A stretch of 63,950 bases of DNA, filler included, from Vicugna vicugna (Eukaryota), in NCBI GenBank assembly GCA_013265495.1. It is 73 parts of 73 records of this genome, joined end to end, with 100 filler letters (N's around TTAATTAATTAA, not from the genome) between each part and the next. Parts side by side here need not be neighbours in the genome. Positions count along the whole stretch, not along the records: positions 23,261 to 24,298 come from MU061849.1; positions 24,399 to 25,168 come from MU061851.1; positions 25,269 to 26,026 come from PNXW01021320.1; positions 26,127 to 26,479 come from PNXW01021321.1; positions 26,580 to 27,769 come from MU061854.1; positions 27,870 to 28,900 come from MU061855.1; positions 29,001 to 29,908 come from PNXW01021335.1; positions 30,009 to 31,111 come from MU061857.1; 65 more parts are not named here. The stretch is one strand, 5' to 3'. Positions 23,300 through 35,632 of the stretch are shown here, piece after piece; positions within the stretch are counted from its first letter, which is position 1; every line of letters starts with the position of its first letter. The notes below the pieces were generated by a model. It was not told the origin of the DNA. It was given only the letters and a program-made list of their open reading frames with translations, and did no database searches. A program made the position numbers and the translations under genes.

Positions 23300-23617
23300 A
23301 AAAGCGGGAAAGCTACCTGGGACTTTACAGAACCATCCCAAACGGGAACTGAAGCACCTTTCTTCCCTCCTCTCAGCTGCCTGGAATGTGGACTTGATGG
23401 TTGACCCTCAGGCAGCCACTTTGGGCCATCAAGTTGACGGGCTGAAAATAACAGGCATCTGGTTCTCTGACCCTGGGGCCTTCATGCAANNNNNNNNNNN
23501 NNNNNNGATTGCTTGACTTCTTTATGTAAGAGGGAAATACAAGTTTAGCATGTGTAAGCCACTGCTGTTATCTGGGGAAGTAGCTGTTGTACATTGCCAT
23601 GGTAATTCCTAATAATA
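23300..23617 (+). mobile_element. MaLR (MLT1-type) solo LTR fragment
   Basis: gctgcctggaatgtggacttgatggttg...gcagccactttgggccat...gacttctttatgtaagagggaaataca...taagccactg...ttcctaataata follows the MLT1 LTR 3' half. Boundaries approximate. Confidence 0.65.
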
Positions 23618-25268
23618 AAGTTAAAGTTTCACCAAAAAATCTTTACCAAATAGTTAATAAATGATAAAAAGTTCCTGATTTTTGTTTTAATGTTATGAAA
23701 TGTAAGTCAAGTTTCAGCATATGCTAGTAAAATAAGACACTGTGGAGGAAAAGCAAAACAGAGATTGTAGAACAGAGACCCAAAGCATCCTCTTCTCCAA
23801 GGCACAGGAGGACAGCCGTGACTCTACGTGACAAGGCTGGAGTCACATGGGCTCCCTGTTTTCCTTGTCTTGGGTTGTGTTTTGTTCCCAGACTGTCTCT
23901 TCCTCTGCCTCTTGGAATGTTCTGACACAATTAATCAGTCCAGCCTTCTAAATTGAGCAAATGGATCTCAATCAATCTGCTTTTAGACACAGTTAAGAAA
24001 TAGACATTAAAATAAAAANNNNNNNNNNNNNNNNNNNNNNNNNNNNNNNNNNNNNNNNNNNNNNNNNNNNNNNNNNNNNNNNNNNNNNNNNNNNNNNNNN
24101 NNNNNNNNNNNNNNNNNNNNNNNNNNNNNNNNNNNNNNNNNNNNNNNNNNNNNNNNNNNNNNNNNNNNNNNGTCACATTCAAAAGGAAAACAGAACAGTT
24201 TTCTACCAGAAGGAGTAGGTGCTTTGCAATTTTCTGTCACTTTAATTCTTCAAAAGTTTCTATAAACTTGATGTCTTTAAAAAAATCAATGCAATGCANN
24301 NNNNNNNNNNNNNNNNNNNNNNNNNNNNNNNNNNNNNNNNNNTTAATTAATTAANNNNNNNNNNNNNNNNNNNNNNNNNNNNNNNNNNNNNNNNNNNNCT
24401 CCCGACCTCTCCCTCCCTCCTGGCCCATCAGTCTCGTCCTCACACACGCACACCAGCCTGCGATATCTCACCTCCCGTTTCTCCATTTCTGGCCCCTTTC
24501 CTCATCTGCCCTCTGGTCTCAGAAGGAGGAAGCTCCCCTTTTCCAGTTTAAAATGAATCCCTCTGTTTCCACCAGGGTCAGAGGTCATGGGTCACCACGC
24601 TGCAACTATTCTCCCTGTATTATCCACCCCACCTGCTTGCTGTGTTTTCTCCCTCTGGCTGTGAGCACGCTTCCTTCATTTCCACAGATCAGAGGTTCAC
24701 TAAAACACGAACCTTCGGTGACAGGGAGCCTGGCAAACACTTAAAACATAAGGGCACAAATCAGCATTTCAAGGATGACTTTTTGCTTGTCCACCCGACA
24801 GCGCATCACACACTTTCCTTTAAGTAAGCCGATTCACAAACTGAATTCACATGTTTTGTTACTGTGGTTTTAATAAATGATTTGTCCTGATAACAAGACA
24901 CACGAGATACTTCAGGCTGAAAAAAAANNNNNNNNNNNNNNNNNNNNNNNNNNNNNNNNNNNNNNNNNNNNNNNNNNNNNGATTAGATTTATAATTCTGA
25001 AAAGTTGTCCCCAAAACGAAGAAGCACAATCATCGATTTCGGATTAAAACCAAGGATGGTGTAAAAGGAAAAGCTGACGAGAGGCGTCCAAGGTGGAAAA
25101 AAAAAAAAAGTCAAAGAAGCTCACTGCTGTCCTGAAGCTCGGGGTCCAGGTGCCCCCGCACCCCCGCCNNNNNNNNNNNNNNNNNNNNNNNNNNNNNNNN
25201 NNNNNNNNNNNNTTAATTAATTAANNNNNNNNNNNNNNNNNNNNNNNNNNNNNNNNNNNNNNNNNNNN

Positions 25269-26026
25269 ACAAATTTAAGAAGATAAAAATTATTTCAAGC
25301 ATCATTTCTGAGTGTAATAACATGATACTAGAAGTCAATCAAAGAAAAACTGGGAGAAAAAATGACAACATGTAGATTAAAAAACATGGTACTATAACAA
25401 GTGAAGGAGGTGAAGAAGTAAAAGAAGAGATTAAAAAATCTCTTGAGAAATATAAGAAAACACTACACAAAGTATATGGAATACAGTTAAAGATGGCTTA
25501 AGAGGGAAGTTCATAGTGACAAGGCCCTCCTTAATGTAGAAGAGCAATTTCAAATAAATAATCTAATGTTCTTTGTAAACTAATCATGAATAGAAGAGCA
25601 AACAAAACCAAAAGTATCCAGAAAGTGGGAAATAATAAAGATCAAGGAAGAAAGACGTGAAAAAGAGATTAAAAATAGAGAAAATTAATCAAACTCATTT
25701 TTGAAAAAGTAAACATAATTGACAAATCTCTGGACAGGCTCACCAACACGAAAAGAGAGAGAACACAAATAACATAAGAAATGCAAGTGGAGAAACTACA
25801 AAGAGTACAACAAATTTGCATAATATCATAAGGGAATACCATGAGCAATTGTATTGAAACAAACTGGAATGAAACAAACTGGATAACCAAGAAGTCATGG
25901 AGAAGTTTCTGGAAATAGCCCACCATATTGGCATTGGGAAGAAATTGGCCATATGAACAGACAGATCACCAGAAACGGAATATTATCAACAAAATAAAAA
26001 TCTCTGCAAACAAAAATTCAGACCCA
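25269..26026 (+). mobile_element. Degenerate LINE-1 ORF2 fragment (between EN and RT)
   Basis: KFKKIKIISSIIS at the start; ttaagagggaagttcatag, aattgacaaatctctgg and gaataccatgagcaattgtat motifs; many stops. Confidence 0.85.
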
Positions 26027-26126
26027 NNNNNNNNNNNNNNNNNNNNNNNNNNNNNNNNNNNNNNNNNNNNTTAATTAATTAANNNNNNNNNNNNNNNNNN
26101 NNNNNNNNNNNNNNNNNNNNNNNNNN

Positions 26127-26479
26127 CTTTGTGTTCCCTTCAAGCTAGTTGAAGGACGTCTTTCACACACATTTTTCTCTCAGAACTGAGCATGTGGAAT
26201 GACGTACGTTCATTCAGCACAAAGGGAACTGGTTGCAAGAGAAATACATACTCTGGTTTCTCAGTCTTTTTCCTAGTGCCTGCTGGAAGTTCCTGCGATT
26301 TGCACTGTAAAACCGAGTTGAAGTTAGTTCCTCCCCATATATATGTATGGAATGGAGTTTGCAAGTGACAAGAAACTTTATGTTCCCTTCAAGCTAGGTG
26401 AAGGCGGCTTTCACACACACTTATCTCTCAGAACTGAGCATGTGGAGAGACGTTCTTTCATCCAGCACAAGGGGAACTG
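26127..26479 (-). repeat. Satellite B fragment
   Basis: tgttcccttcaagctag occurs twice about 249 bp apart. Confidence 0.92.
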
Positions 26480-26579
26480 NNNNNNNNNNNNNNNNNNNNN
26501 NNNNNNNNNNNNNNNNNNNNNNNTTAATTAATTAANNNNNNNNNNNNNNNNNNNNNNNNNNNNNNNNNNNNNNNNNNNN

Positions 26580-27769
26580 CAGAAATGCATGTTTGAGGAA
26601 TCCTTGATGTATGAAACATGTTCGAAATACGGAATGCCATTTTTATGTAAACAATGCAAATTACATGTGTATTGGTGAGGTTTCGCTCAAAGAGTGTTTT
26701 CTGGTGCCAAATGTCTGATTTTAGAACCTGGTGATAGGAAAAACCTATGAAGTTAGATCAAATATTTCTAAGTGAANNNNNNNNNNNNNNNNNNNNNNNN
26801 NNNNNNNNNNNNNNNNNNNNNNNNNNNNNNNNNNNNNNNNNNNNNNNNNNNNNNNNNNNNNNNNNNNNNNNNNNNNNNNNNNNNNNNNNNNNNNNNNNNN
26901 NNNNNNNNNNNNNNNNNNNNNNNNNNNNNNNNNNNNNNNNNNNNNNNNNNNNNNNNNNNNNNNNNNNNNNNNNNNNNNNNNNNNNNNNNNNNNNNNNNNN
27001 NNNNNNNNNNNNNNNNNNNNNNNNNNNNNNNNNNNNNNNNNNNNNNNNNNNNNNNNNNNNNNNNNNNNNNNNNNNNNNNNNNNNNNNNNNNNNNNNNNNN
27101 NNNNNNNNNNNNNNNNNNNNNNNNNNNNNNNNNNNNNNNNNNNNNNNNNNNNNNNNNNNNNNNNNNNNNNNNNNNNNNNNNNNNNNNNNNNNNNNNNNNN
27201 NNNNNNNNNNNNTTTGGGATCATGATTCTTGAAACTGGTGATAGGCAGAAACTACGAAGTCAAAATAAATATATCAAAGTGTATCGGTAACTTGTTTGGT
27301 GTTTGAAAATTCAGTCAGGCGCATGTTCAGAACTCAGAAATTCAAGATTGAGGAATCCGTGTTGCATGAATCATGTTCGTAATACGGAATGCCATGGTTA
27401 TGTAAACAATGTAAATTACATGTGTATTTGTGAGAATTCGCTCAAAGAGTGTTTTTTGGTGCCAAATGTCCGATTTTAGAACCTGGTGATAGAAAAATCT
27501 ATGAAGTCAGAGTAAATATTTCTTNNNNNNNNNNNNNNNNNNNNNNNNNNNNNNNNNNNNNNNNNNNNNNNNNNNNNNNNNNNNNNNNNNNNNNNNNNNN
27601 NNNNNNNNGCATGAAGCATGTACGGAACCCGGAATTCCATGTTGATGGAATTCATGTAAATTACATAACTATTACGTGGAAATCGCTCCAGAACTATTTT
27701 TCTGTGAGAAAATCAAGGATTCGGAACCGGTTTTAGGGAAAGATTGTGAAAATGTGTACACGTGTCTAG
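26580..27769 (+). repeat. Satellite C higher-order array
   Basis: Monomer order a'-b-(gap)-a-b-c; ctggtgatag/ccggttttag landmarks about 245-248 bp apart. Confidence 0.9.
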
Positions 27770-27869
27770 NNNNNNNNNNNNNNNNNNNNNNNNNNNNNNN
27801 NNNNNNNNNNNNNTTAATTAATTAANNNNNNNNNNNNNNNNNNNNNNNNNNNNNNNNNNNNNNNNNNNN

Positions 27870-28900
27870 CCTAACATTCCCTGGCACAGAGACATTAGGA
27901 AAACTCTCAGGGGAAATTAGCTTAGGCTTTCCATTAGAACCCACGTGCTGCTGAAAATTAGTGGAACCTCCCCACGCTCAGGATTCCGGAAACATTGTCA
28001 GTGCGTGGGGGAGCTCGAGAGACAACTCCACTCAGCTCTGTTCAGTCACAGGTGTTCCCTGATCTGGAAAGCCCGAGAAATAACTTCCCTGACTTTCGGA
28101 GGCAGTCTCGGTCACAGGGATATCCTGCAATCACCCCTAGCATTCCCTGGCACAGAGACATTAGGAAAATCCTCAGGGGAGACGAGCTTAGGCATTCCGT
28201 TAGAACCCACGCGCTGCCGACCGTTGGTGGAACCTCCCCACGCTCAGGATTCCGGAAATATTGTCAGTGCGNNNNNNNNNNNNNNNNNNNNNNNNNNNNN
28301 NNNNNNNNNNNNNNNNNNNNNNNNNNNNNNNNNNNNNNNNNNNNNNNNNNNNNNNNNNNNNNNNNNNNNNNNNNNNNNNNNNNNNNNNNNNNNNNNNNNN
28401 NNNNNNNNNNNNNNNNNNNNNNNNNNNNNNNNNNNNNNNNNNNNNNNNNNNNNNNNNNNNNNNNNNNNNNNNNNNNNNNNNNNNNNNNNNNNNNNNNNNN
28501 NNNNNNNNNNNNNNNNNNNNNNNNNNNNNNNNNNNNNNNNNNNNNNNNNNNNNNNNNNNNNNNNNNNNNNNNNNNNNNNNNNNNNNNNNNNNNNNNNNNN
28601 NNNNNNNNNNNNNNNNNNNNNNNNNNNNNNNNNNNNNNNNNNNNNNNNNNNNNNNNNNNNNNNNNNNNNNNNNNNNNNNNNNNNNNNNNNNNNNNNNNNN
28701 NNNNNNGAGACGAGCTATTCCGTTAGAACCCACGCGCTGCCGACCGTTGGTGGAACCTCCCCAATCTCAGGATTCCGGAACCATTGTCAGTTCTTGGGGG
28801 ATCTCTATTGACAACTCCACGCAGCTCTCTTCATTTACAGGTGTTCCCTCTTCGTGGAATCCCAAGAAATACCTTCCCTGACCTTGGGGAGGCAGCCTCT
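27870..28900 (+). repeat. Satellite A array
   Basis: cattccctggcacagagacattaggaaaa at 27875 and 28141. Confidence 0.94.
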
Positions 28901-29354
28901 NNNNNNNNNNNNNNNNNNNNNNNNNNNNNNNNNNNNNNNNNNNNTTAATTAATTAANNNNNNNNNNNNNNNNNNNNNNNNNNNNNNNNNNNNNNNNNNNN
29001 AAACACCTTTCAGGATTCTCCCAGTCAGCGGTTTACACGCAAGCCTGCCCTGACCTTCAACAACAACTGCAGAAACTGGACGATGTAAATCAGAGAAGCC
29101 GGGGTGAAGAGTCTGGGGGCCCCATTAAATTCCTCAGTGAGGAACGTTGGCTGGTTCGGACAAGCGTTGACTACAGTTCAGCTTTAGTCCAGGAAAATAA
29201 GAAATGAGCAGGTGGCCCTCTGGGTCCTCATAAGGATGAAGTTTAAGGTAACAAGACCTGACAAGTTGGAGGAAAAGTGCGTGGGGAGAATTTCAGTGGA
29301 AGTGGGAAGTTTGCGGAGACACTGACTGTGGAAGACCTGAGGGTACAGGGGAGG

Positions 29355-29908
29355 TGCAGGAGTAAGAGAAGAGGGAGGAACTGGTGCTGGAGGTGAGTCT
29401 GAGACACACAAGCCAGGGAAGGGGAGCCCGAGGCTTCAGAGGCCCAGTTTCCTTTCCTTAGTCCCTGTTTGCCTCAGTTAATCGTATGACCGTAGTTTAC
29501 AACAGAAGATGTAAGGCTCCCAGGCATAATTCAAAGGTTCATAATAATGAGGGAAGTCGGCGTTCCATGCAGACTTGGAGATTTTATGCATTTGTCTGAC
29601 TTCATTTCAAGAAAAGCAAGTTTGAGGATTTCAACAGTTCTTCATAACGGCTGATGAGACATACGTTTAGTTGAAGCATGATTCTCTCTGGCCTGGTCTG
29701 TCCAATTCACTAGTAATTTGCATAAGCAAGCTCCCTGCTTCTGAGACACAAACTCAGCTGGGGTTATGCAGGAGTAAGAGAAGAGGGAGGAACTGGTGCT
29801 GGAGGTGAGTCTGAGACACACAAGCCAGGGAAGGGGAGCCCGAGGCTTCAGAGGCCCAGTTTCCTTTCCTTAGTCCCTGTTTGCCTCAGTTAATCGTATG
29901 ACCGTAGT
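29355..29908 (+). repeat. Exact 142-bp direct duplication (29355-29496 = 29767-29908)
   Basis: tgcaggagtaagagaagaggg...cgtatgaccgtagt is repeated with no visible mismatch; the second copy runs into the scaffold end. Confidence 0.9.
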
Positions 29909-30247
29909 NNNNNNNNNNNNNNNNNNNNNNNNNNNNNNNNNNNNNNNNNNNNTTAATTAATTAANNNNNNNNNNNNNNNNNNNNNNNNNNNNNNNNNNNN
30001 NNNNNNNNTGATCATTCAGTGGCACTCAGACAGTCTTAGAAACTTGCTTGTGGCGAGTGATTCAATAAGTAGAGTCGGACCCTTTAAAGATTTTGCATCT
30101 TTTATTCCCATCCAGGTCATTAGGTCAACAGGGTTTTTCTGATTGCAGTAATAGGAAATCATGAGCCTTCTTTTGGTTAAATCTGTGTGATGGACACTTG
30201 CAATCTATCTGTTAGATTCACTGAGCCCTAGCATAATCAAGATGACA

Positions 30248-30414
30248 GTTTTTTTTAAATTAAAATCTAATGATTTACAGTGTTGAGATAGTTTCTGGTA
30301 TACAGCAAAGTGATTCAGTTATATGTATATATACATATATATGTGTGTGTATATATATTCTTACTCAGTTATATATATTCTTATTCAGTTATATGTACAT
30401 TCTTATATAGATAG

Positions 30415-30416
<2 letters not shown>
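30248..30416 (-). mobile_element. L1 3' end fragment
   Basis: ttttttaaatt...tgatttacagtgttg...tagtttctggtatacagcaaagtgattcagttatatgtatatatac. Confidence 0.8.

Positions 30417-30448
<32 letters not shown>
30417..30448 (+). repeat. (CA)n microsatellite
   Basis: Pure AC run up to the gap. Confidence 0.95.
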
Positions 30449-31959
30449 NNNNNNNNNNNNNNNNNNNNNNNNNNNNNNNNNNNNNNNNNNNNNNNNNNNN
30501 NNNNNNNNNNNNNNNNNNNNNNNNNNNNNNNNNNNNNNNNNNNNNNNNNNNNNNNNNNNNNNNNNNNNNNNNNNNNNNNNNNNNNNNNNNNNNNNNNNNN
30601 NNNNNNNNNNNNNNNNNNNNNNNNNNNNNNNNNNNNNNNNNNNNNNNNNNNNNNNNNNNNNNNNNNNNNNNNNNNNNNNNNNNNNNNNNNNNNNNNNNNN
30701 NNNNNNNNNNNNNNNNNNNNNNNNNNNNNNNNNNNNNNNNNNNNNNNNNNNNNNNNNNNNNNNNNNNNNNNNNNNNNNNNNNNNNNNNNNNNNNNNNNNN
30801 NNNNNNNNNNNNNNNNNNNNNNNNNNNNNNNNNNNNNNNNNNNNNNNNNNNNNNNNNNNNNNNNNNNNNNNNNNNNNNNNNNNNNNNNNNNNNNNNNNNN
30901 NNNNNNNNNNNNNNNNNNNNGAAAAATTCTTGGGTATTATGAGTCTTAATCACAATTTTTATTACATGTTGGGGCCCAGTGTTTTTGTGCGTAAGACATA
31001 TGATTCTAAAGAAAGGCACGGTTTTACATACAAATACTTGATTTATACCCGACTGTTTGGAAACATAGCAAACATAAAAACACAAGTGGGCTATAGACCA
31101 AACATGCCTGGNNNNNNNNNNNNNNNNNNNNNNNNNNNNNNNNNNNNNNNNNNNNTTAATTAATTAANNNNNNNNNNNNNNNNNNNNNNNNNNNNNNNNN
31201 NNNNNNNNNNNTGTGCTGCAGACGCTTTGCTTTGCTCCTCTGTCCAGAAAAATCTGCAAGCGGAAATGGCCTCGTGTGAACTAGTAAGGGCAGGTAAACA
31301 TCATTTGGAAAGTCAAACCAGTCCTTTGGGAAGGTAAAGTAATTGACATTGTTGATTACTCTCAAGATATTTTAGAATCAAATCTGGCACAAACCAGGTT
31401 TCAGAACTCAGAAAAGTGGATGCTACATTTCCTAAAATGATGTACTAATAAGATAAGAATCTCTCAATTTATGAACCCACATATCCAAACACCTCAGTTT
31501 AAGCTGAATCCCGAGTGTTAAAAAAGTTCTAAAGTGTTTTTAATCACAGAAAAACAAATTGATTTTACTTATTTTCAATGTGGTCAGATGTGTCTTTTTT
31601 ATAAAAGGAAGATTTGAACCTATCTTAATCATTTACTTATTTTTTATTTTATTTACTAATNNNNNNNNNNNNNNNNNNNNNNNNNNNNNNNNNNNNNNNN
31701 NNNNNNNNNNNNTGCTCTACCACTATACCCTCCCCTATGAAAAGCTGATTTTAAATTGATACTGTGCTCGTACCACTGGGTTCAAACACAGGCCCTATTC
31801 CTCCCTCTCTGCCAACAGCCTCGTGTTACCTTTGCTTGGTGAAGGCTGGCTGTTGAATTNNNNNNNNNNNNNNNNNNNNNNNNNNNNNNNNNNNNNNNNN
31901 NNNTTAATTAATTAANNNNNNNNNNNNNNNNNNNNNNNNNNNNNNNNNNNNNNNNNNNN

Positions 31960-32187
31960 AGCCCCTAGCAGTTTCATTTATTGCAAATATTTTCTCCCAT
32001 TTCAAAAGTTGGTTGTCTTTTTGTTTTGTTTACAGTTTTCTTAGCTGTGTAAAAGTTTGTAAGTTTAATTAGATCCCACTTGTATATTTTTGGTTGTTTT
32101 TCTATTGCTTGAGTAGACTGCTCTAGGAAAACATTGCTGAGATGTATGTCAGATGTTTTGCCTATGGTTGTTTCTAAGAGGTTTATA
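31960..32187 (-). mobile_element. LINE-1 ORF2 3' fragment
   Basis: Same antisense L1 segment as 9520-9760 (ttgcaaatattttctcccatt...aaaacattgctgagat...gttttgcctatg). Confidence 0.88.
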
Positions 32188-32425
32188 NNNNNNNNNNNNN
32201 NNNNNNNNNNNNNNNNNNNNNNNNNNNNNNNNNNNNNNNNNNNNNNNNNNNNNNNNNNNNNNNNNNNNNNNNNNNNNNNNNNNNNNNNNNNNNNNNNNNN
32301 NNNNNNNNNNNNNNNNNNNNNNNNNNNNNNNNNNNNNNNNNNNNNNNNNNNNNNNNNNNNNNNNNNNNNNNNNNNNNNNNNNNNNNNNNNNNNNNNNNNN
32401 NNNNNNNNNNNNNNNNNNNNNNNNN

Positions 32426-32823
32426 ATGGATGGATATTGTTAGTAACTTTTGGCTACTCTGAATGATACTGCTATGAATATTGATGTGAAATTTTTTATG
32501 AGAATATGTTTTCATTCTGTTGGCTGTACATTTGGCCCACCATATCTGTAGTTTCCACTACATGGATCCAGATGGCTGATTGTAAAGGGACTCGAACATC
32601 CTTGGATTATGGTATCCAGGGTGTGGGGTTCCTGAAACCAACCACCCAAGGGTATTGAGGGATGACTCTACATATCGGAGTGGAATTGCTGAGCCATATA
32701 ACTCTAAGCTTTTGAGGAAATACCAGACTTCTCCAAAGAAGCTGCACCATTGTCCCTTTCCTCTGGCCGCATAAGAGTTTACTCTGCCTCCTGAATGACA
32801 TTTGTTATTGTCCATGTTTTGGT
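32426..32823 (-). mobile_element. Old L1 fragment interrupted by a Tigger-type DNA transposon
   Basis: tgaatgatactgctatgaatatt...gttttcattctgttgg [insertion] ggagtggaattgctgagccatat...ttttgaggaaataccagac...ccaaagaagctgcacc. Confidence 0.8.
32529..32668. mobile_element. Short TcMar-Tigger non-autonomous element (Tigger3/MER2-like)
   Basis: TA at 32527-32528 and 32669-32670; degenerate terminal inverted repeats catttggcccaccatatc / gtattgagggatgactc; internal gtaaagggactcgaacatccttggattatggtatcc...ctgaaaccaa. Confidence 0.75.
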
Positions 32824-32923
32824 NNNNNNNNNNNNNNNNNNNNNNNNNNNNNNNNNNNNNNNNNNNNTTAATTAATTAANNNNNNNNNNNNNNNNNNNNN
32901 NNNNNNNNNNNNNNNNNNNNNNN

Positions 32924-33804
32924 AAGCTATTCCAAGCAAATGCTAACTAAAAGAGACCAAGGTTAGCTATACTTATACCAGACAGAATAGAATTTAAGCT
33001 AACAATGGCCACAAGAGACAAAGAAGATTATCAGGTAATGATGAAGAGGTTAATTCATCAAGTAAACTTAACAATTGTAAATATTTAAGGATCCAACATC
33101 AGATCACCTAAATATATAAAACAAATACAAATGGAACTAAAAGGAGAAATAAACAGCAACACAGTAATAGTAGAGGACTTTAATACTCCTCTATCAACAA
33201 TGGATAAACAAAGAAAATCAGATGGAAGTAACAGATTTCAACAACACTATACACCAAATGCACCTAACAGAAAAATACAGGACACTCTACCCTGTAGCAG
33301 CAGACTATGCATTCTTTACAAGTGTACATGGAACGTTCTCCAGGATAAATCAGGCCATAAAACAAGTTGCAACAAATCTGAGGAGATGGAAAAGTTACTT
33401 GATATGGTTTCTAAATATAATAGCATGAAAATAGACATAGGAGGAAAACTGAAACATTTAGAAACATGTGGAAATTAAACAAAACACTCCTGAACAACAA
33501 ATGCGTCACAGGAGGAATTTTAAATATGTATAAAGATATCTTGAGATATCTAAAAATAGAAACACAACATACCAAACCTTAATAGGATGCAACAAAAATA
33601 GATCTAAGAGGGAAGTTTATAGCTACAAAACCTACATTAAGGAAAAAAAAAAAAGATCTCAAACAACCTACCATTATATCAAGAAACTAGAGAAAGAACA
33701 AACTAAGCTCCAACTTAGAAGGGAACAGCCAAGATCAGAGAAGAAATTATGAAATAGAGACTAAGAAGACAATAGAAAAGATCAATGAAATGAAGTTGTT
33801 TTTT
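32924..33804 (+). mobile_element. Old LINE-1 ORF2 endonuclease fragment
   Basis: ELKGEINSNTVIVEDFNTPLSTMD and YAFFTSVHGTFSRI motifs, frameshifted. Confidence 0.93.
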
Positions 33805-33904
33805 NNNNNNNNNNNNNNNNNNNNNNNNNNNNNNNNNNNNNNNNNNNNTTAATTAATTAANNNNNNNNNNNNNNNNNNNNNNNNNNNNNNNNNNNNNNNN
33901 NNNN

Positions 33905-34384
33905 GGGGAGACGAGCTTAGGCAGTCCGTAAGAACCCACGCACTGCCGATCGTTGGTGGAACATCCCCGCGCTCAGGATTCCGGAAACATTGTGAGTGCG
34001 TGGGGGACATCGAGAGAAAACTCCACGCAGCTCTCTTCAGTCACAGGTGTTCCGTGTTCGGGCATGTCCGAGAAATACCTTCCCTGACCTTGAGGAGGCA
34101 GCCTTTGTCACTGGGATATCCTGCAAACCCCCCTAGCATTCCCTGGCACAGAGATATTAGGAAAGCCCTCAGGGGAGACGAGCTTAGGTATTCCGTTAGA
34201 ACCCACGCGCTGTCGACCGTTGGTGGANNNNNNNNNNNNNNNNNNNNNNNNNNNNNNNNNNNNGGAAGCTCGAGAGACAACTTCACGCTACTCTCTTCAG
34301 TCACAGGTATTCCCTGTTCGGGGAACTCCGAGAAATATATTCCCTGACCTAAGGGAGGCAGCCTCTTTCACTGGGATATCCTGC
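33905..34384 (+). repeat. Satellite A array
   Basis: ggggagacgagcttagg occurs twice about 267 bp apart. Confidence 0.94.
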
Positions 34385-35632
34385 NNNNNNNNNNNNNNNN
34401 NNNNNNNNNNNNNNNNNNNNNNNNNNNNTTAATTAATTAANNNNNNNNNNNNNNNNNNNNNNNNNNNNNNNNNNNNNNNNNNNNCTTTACCTCTACTGGT
34501 TGTTCCCTGCCATTGAAACTTTAAAAAAGAGGTTTTTCCTCCCTGCCCACATGTTTTAAGCTGGGGCTGAGGAATCTTGTTTGTTTTCACTCGAAACAGC
34601 ATTTTTATTATTTTCAGGGGATATCAGGGGGATTAAAGATATGATGCACAAAATGAAGCCTTTTTAGTAACTCTGTACATAATCTCAGGGTAGACACTGC
34701 TGTTCCCCCTGTGACACCACAGCCAGAAGACACAAGGGAGATGCTTAGCTCTTCCTGTGGCAAAAACAAAACCAAACGAATCAAAAAAATTAGTAAAAGC
34801 CCAGAAAAATTGCTTGAAAGACAAACCACAACCTGGAAAATGCATTCCTCATAACCCAAAGTTGGAGAAATGTTTCCCATCCCTGTAGTCCAAAATCCTT
34901 TCGAAACCCAGTGTTCTAAACAGTAACAGAACAGGCATGGGCAGTTCCAATGAGAGGCAATGCAGGTGGCCAGTGTGTGTTAGAGATGCTTGACCTCTCA
35001 GGTGAGAACAGAGGCAGACGGAAACACTGNNNNNNNNNNNNNNNNNNNNNNNNNNNNNNNNNNNNNNNNNNNNNNNNNNNNNNNNNNNNNNNNNNNNNNN
35101 NNNNNNNNNNNNNNNNNNNNNNNNNNNNNNNNNNNNNNNNNNNNNNNNNNNNNNNNNNNNNNNNNNNNNNNNNNNNNNNNNNNNNNNNNNNNNNNNNNNN
35201 NNNNNNNNNNNNNNNNNNNNNNNNNNNNNNNNNNNNNNNNNNNNNNNNNNNNNNNNNNNNNNNNNNNNNNNNNNNNNNNNNNNNNNNNNNNNNNNNNNNN
35301 NNNNNNNNNNNNNNNNNNNNNNNNNNNNNNNNNNNNNNNNNNNNNNNNNNNNNNNNNNNNNNNNNNNNATGAATGAATGCTGTGCAGTTGGAAAAGTGGA
35401 TGCCTGGTCTCAACCCAATGTCAAGGGAGGCCTCAGGGTGGAAGTATGCAGACCCACTCTCTGCATCCAGGGTCCCATCTGCACCAGCACATGTGTGTGA
35501 AATCAATATAGATGGAAATTGATCTGATTGTGNNNNNNNNNNNNNNNNNNNNNNNNNNNNNNNNNNNNNNNNNNNNTTAATTAATTAANNNNNNNNNNNN
35601 NNNNNNNNNNNNNNNNNNNNNNNNNNNNNNNN

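Noticed and set aside
29716..29723. Octamer ATTTGCAT as an immunoglobulin V-gene promoter
   Set aside because: A single 8-mer with no leader or V exon downstream; the following sequence is the duplicated segment.
34605..35532. Possible decayed exon after ttattattttcag| with a Lys-rich frame
   Set aside because: Stops in all frames, and no protein family recognised.
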